This document shows positions 59,795-64,000 of a DNA stretch of 64,000 nucleotides, in pieces. Location of the stretch: the NCBI RefSeq assembly GCF_009914755.1, contig NC_060935.1. One strand, 5' to 3'. Made by a program: the position numbers and the translations under genes. This DNA is from the human T2T-CHM13v2.0 reference genome, Homo sapiens. The notes beneath the pieces are model-generated. The model made no database searches. It worked only from the letters and a program-made list of their open reading frames with translations, and had not been told where the DNA came from. Position 1 is the first letter of the stretch; each line of letters opens with the position of its first letter.

Positions 59795-61254
59795 ATGAGG
59801 AGGGCAGCGCTGGCCAGGCTCACGGGGCTTTCCCCAGACCCTGTTACCAGCTTATAGCTGGCTGCGTGTCAGCTTTCTCTGTACTCTGTTTTTGGTTTTG
59901 TTTTTTTAAAACAGATGATTGTTTTAACCTGAATTTTGAAACTTAAGCTTCATATTGATAATTTCTAGCTTTGAAAGCCTTTCATTGTTTTGTGATTGCA
60001 ACTGGAAATTAGGAAAGGATGCAGGATTCATTTGCATTTTAACTGTTAGTTGAGATTCTGTCCTAAATGAGCACAGCTCCATTTTGCATTGAATGCACTT
60101 GGTCCTCCCTGAGCCACAGTGGGGCTACAGTAGGATTGATACACTTTACACAATCCCATTTAAGAAGCAGAAATTCAAACTGAGCCCAGTGGTACGTGCT
60201 TGTAGTCCCACCTACTTTGGAGGCCGAGGCAAGAATCAGTTGAGCACAGGAGTTTGAGGCTGCACCGCACCATGATCACACCTGCAAATAGCCACTGCAG
60301 TCCAGCCTGGAATCACAGCAAGAACCTGGCTCTTAAAATTTATTTTTAATAAAATAAAGTTCACTGTTCAAGTCTTGCTGTTTATAGTAATGCTTGCTGA
60401 ACATGTTTTATGAAATCCAGTCCCACTCAAAACCAGAAAACACAAATGTATAAGCAGGATCTGCCTAGACCCTGCAGGGGTGAGTCTGTTCACTGTTGTT
60501 AACCACCATCCTGCTCCCTCAGCACATGGGCGTATTCACGTTCCACTGCAAAAACAAAAAAACCCTGGGAGTCTGACAAAGATCATCTTGTAATGATAAG
60601 CCTAGAAGTATTTTCTTTTAAGCTATATTGAACAAAAATGTTTAAACTGCATAAAAGTGCTTGAATTTATAGTGTCCATCCAAACATTGAGAAATATGAG
60701 CCATACACATGTGTATGGGGGTCATGGGCTGTTCCTTGTTTATTTTTACCCCGTTCAGACAAAAAAGGTATTTGACAATTTTGCCCAAGTGGTTTCTTGC
60801 CCTCTCTAGTGTTTCTTTTGAAGGACATCAGGAGATAAACGTATTTGTTACTGGCTCTTCATTAGTGCAAGTTAATGCTGTCTCACATTTGTAACGATGT
60901 GGTTTATCGGTGTTGTTCAGATCTCTGCTGCCCCTTCAGAGACTGTCCTCATGATGTGCCTAGGATTCCGGGGAGGGCAGAACCTTGGGCTGCATGGAGG
61001 AGGCTGAGGATGAGGGGCATACCTGTGTCCTGTTGGGCCCCAGCGCACGCTCGTGGGGAGGCAGACCAGGAGTCTGACAACTCTGTGGTGCTGTGCTGCG
61101 TGGCCCTTCAGAATGGTGCCAGACTGAAACAAGACTTTCTGTGCTGGCAGAAAGCACAGCAAATCGATTTTCAAAGAAGTTTATGGCTATAATTTAAGGC
61201 CTGAGTTTTTCACAGTCTGCTGTTAACTAACTTTGCACTTCTCTCACCCCTCAG

Positions 61255-61406
61255 TTGCCACCTTCCAGAGAAGAGGTACGAGATGACAAGACAACCATAA
61301 AGTGTGAAACCTCCCCGCCTTCCTCCCCGAGAGCCCTTCGGTTAGACCGGCTGCACAAAGGGGCGCTGCACACCGTCAGCCACGAGGACATCAGGGACAT
61401 AAGGAA
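61255..61406 (+). CDS. PPFIA1: Liprin-alpha-1 exon 17
   Basis: CTCAG|LPPSREEVRDDKTTIKCETSPPSSPRALRLDRLHKGALHTVSHEDIRDIR(N)|GTAAGG; 152 nt; branch-point-like ACTAAC at 61226. Confidence 0.97.
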
Positions 61407-61892
61407 GTAAGGAGCCTGCAGCAGCCCCATGCAGAGCGCACTTGTCTTTTCGTTTCTGGTGTTGAGAAATCGACAAATCTTTCCTTGAGTAAAACAGTGA
61501 TTTTGTAGAATTACCCATTAATTCAGTTGAGTGTATTTACATGTTACACTTAGAATGCTTACCACTGCTCTGGGCTATAGTGAAATCCAGCAGAAGATGC
61601 ATATCTGTTTGGGCAAGCTTAGTTTGGAAAGAAAGGAGTTAAATGATATCAGCAAGTTTTGGAAAAACTTCATGTCTTCAGAGTCTATAAATTGACTACT
61701 TTCTATTCTTGATGGAGAGTTTGGCAAGCAGATGACAGGCTTGGTATTGGAACCGCTCTCTAGGACAACCCGTGCCTTTCTTGTGCCTTTTGTAAACTGT
61801 GGAGAGTTCCAAGTTGTACTTACCAATTTAGTGAGTGTCCCCTCTCAGGAAACCAATCAGCTGTTTTGTTACTAGTATGCTATCTATGCTAT

Positions 61893-62157
61893 CTTTTTTT
61901 TTCTTTTTGAGATAGAGTCTTGCTCTGTTGCCCAGGCTGGAGTACAGTGGCATGATCTTGGCTCACCACAACCTTCACCTCCCGAGTAGCTGGAACTACA
62001 GGCGCACACCACCATGCCCGGCTAATTTTTGTATTTTTAGTAAAGATGGGGTTTCACCATGCTGGCCAGGCTGGTCTCGAACTCCTGAGCTCATAATCTG
62101 CCCGCCTCGGCCTCCCAAAATGCTGGGATTACAGGCGTGAGCCACCGCGCCCGGCCC
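61893..62157 (-). mobile_element. Alu (internally deleted)
   Basis: Antisense Alu consensus. Confidence 0.88.
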
Positions 62158-62592
62158 CTCTTTTTTTAAATTCCATTGGATTTCGGTTCTGTGCCAGGCA
62201 ATATGCAGGGGAGGCATGTATATTAATTTTTGCAGTAACCCCTCAGGCAGTTAACATTGCCACGGTTCTCAGCTGAGTAGAGTAATGCTCAGGGCGGTTG
62301 TGGGAGCTGCTGGAGGGGAAGCAGGCAGACCATTGGGCTTTGGCACCTGATGGCGCGGAGTCAGGGCCTCCCCTGAAGGGGAGGGGAGCTCCATGTCAGA
62401 GAGAGTCTCAGCTGCCCAGAATGGGTCTCCGCGCTGGCCTCGCCGGGAGTCTGCCTTTATCATGCATGATGCACTTGGTGAGGAAGATGTGTGTGAAAGA
62501 GACTGGAAGTGCTTGTAGGGAAGTTTGCGACTGTTAATATGTGAAGTATCCTACAAGGGCACATAGTAAAGATCCGTTTTCTTTCCTCGAAG

Positions 62593-62765
62593 CTCCACAG
62601 GCTCCCAGGATGGTCCCGTGAGCAACCCCAGCAGTAGCAACAGTAGCCAGGACTCGCTCCACAAAGCCCCAAAGAAGAAAGGCATTAAGTCCTCCATTGG
62701 CCGCTTGTTTGGCAAGAAAGAAAAGGGCCGACCTGGACAAACTGGCAAAGAAGCATTAGGACAAG
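62593..62765 (+). CDS. PPFIA1: Liprin-alpha-1 exon 18
   Basis: CGAAG|[57 protein letters not shown]|GTTGGT; 173 nt. Confidence 0.95.
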
Positions 62766-63114
62766 GTTGGTTGGTTTTCCGCACCCTTCTCAGCACCCAG
62801 GGGTCGGGGAGGAAGGCACTGCCTTCGGTGCCATCAGTTCCCACGCGGTGCTCCAGGAGCCGTGTGCTCTCCAGGGAGCAGCAGCTGTGAAGGCATGGGA
62901 GCTAGAGAGCAGCAGTTTATGCTCACTTGCCACTCAGGTACAACACATTTCCTGTCTTGAGCATTTCCGTCTTGGGCATTTGGTTGTCTAGTCAGAAACT
63001 TAGCCTTAAGAAATGATTTAAATCTGAACCTGCAAATATTCATCTGCCTATTTATGAAAACATAGAGCTTTGTCATGCTGATTTTTACTTCTGGGCTGTT
63101 CTGCTTCCTCACAG

Positions 63115-63208
63115 CTGGTGTTTCCGAGACGGATAACTCATCTCAGGATGCCTTGGGACTTAGCAAATTGGGGGGACAGGCTGAAAAAAATCGTAAACTT
63201 CAAAAAAA
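63115..63208 (+). CDS. PPFIA1: Liprin-alpha-1 exon 19
   Basis: CACAG|(A)GVSETDNSSQDALGLSKLGGQAEKNRKLQK(K)|GTAAGC; 94 nt. Confidence 0.96.
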
Positions 63209-64000
63209 GTAAGCTTTGTGTTATTTCTTCATCTCATTGAATGGTTTTCAGTTGTGCCTAAGCTCTAACTAGTGTTTGTTAATTATAATAGCTAGCTATG
63301 TATATATACATTATATTCTGAAAGCTTTACCTACAGCCTTAATTAAGCCGTACTTTCTGGAAGATTTAGTGTTTGTGAAATTTCGAAGAAACTCACACTG
63401 GTATCCCTATCATCTTGGAAAGCTGTCCAACCAGGAGATAGGGTGGGTGAGAGTTGGACTCAGCTGCCTGAGCACTGGAGTCGGCCCTGGCGCCTGCCCA
63501 GGTTCACTTTGTGACGTTGAGGAAGTGGCCTAGCATCTCTGTGCTTCAGTTTTCTCATCTGTAAAGTGGGGATCCTAGTAGTACATACCTTGTATGGCTT
63601 TTATGAGAATTAAATGGGATAATGTGCATACAGTTCTTTAAACAGTACCAGCAAGTCATAAACAAGTTGTAGCTGTGGCCAGTGCAGCGACTGTTGCTTG
63701 CCAGCATTCAGGATTTGCTCTTCATACTGCTGGTCTGTCCGAAACAGTCGCCATGCTGCATTTTTCTCTCTTCCGTAGATCGGGTAGTTTTATCTCAAAT
63801 AGACTCCTGATTTTATAGCCCGTTTATTCAGCTTTAATTCTAAACTAAGTCTGCTTCTGACAATAAGCTCTAATATTTGGGATGGCTTTGAACAAAGGAG
63901 AACAGGCATTGTGATGCCCCAGGGTGAGGACGTGGAGGAATCGGGTTTCTGTCCCTGGGCCTTCTGGGATGCGGGGTGAGTTGCGTGTTGGCTGACTGTA

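Overview
Hominoid (almost certainly human) genomic DNA lying inside PPFIA1 (liprin-alpha-1) on the + strand. Bases 1-31355 are the 3' part of the long intron 2. Seventeen constitutive coding exons follow (exons 3-19 by my recalled numbering, 31356-63208) and splice in frame into the N-terminal coiled-coil and linker of liprin-alpha-1. Two of these introns use GC donors. Three further in-frame cassette exons are readable directly from the sequence (75 nt, 117 nt and a 30-nt microexon PSDLRKHRRK). Repeats include a full-length antisense SVA with a 13-bp TSD, many Alus, L1/L2 fragments, solo LTRs, a MADE1 hairpin, minisatellites, and a ~1 kb near-identical direct duplication flanking exon 15. The most unexpected signal is on the minus strand of intron 2 (~135-18700). 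The unique sequence between repeats parses into a chain of splice-site-bounded, largely phase-compatible, stop-poor segments, ending in a BRCT-like motif, and SVA and Alu insertions sit inside these exons. This looks like a decayed nested antisense protein-coding gene (candidate unitary pseudogene). It was built by eye, several implied introns are suspiciously short (47-66 nt), and its identity is unverified.
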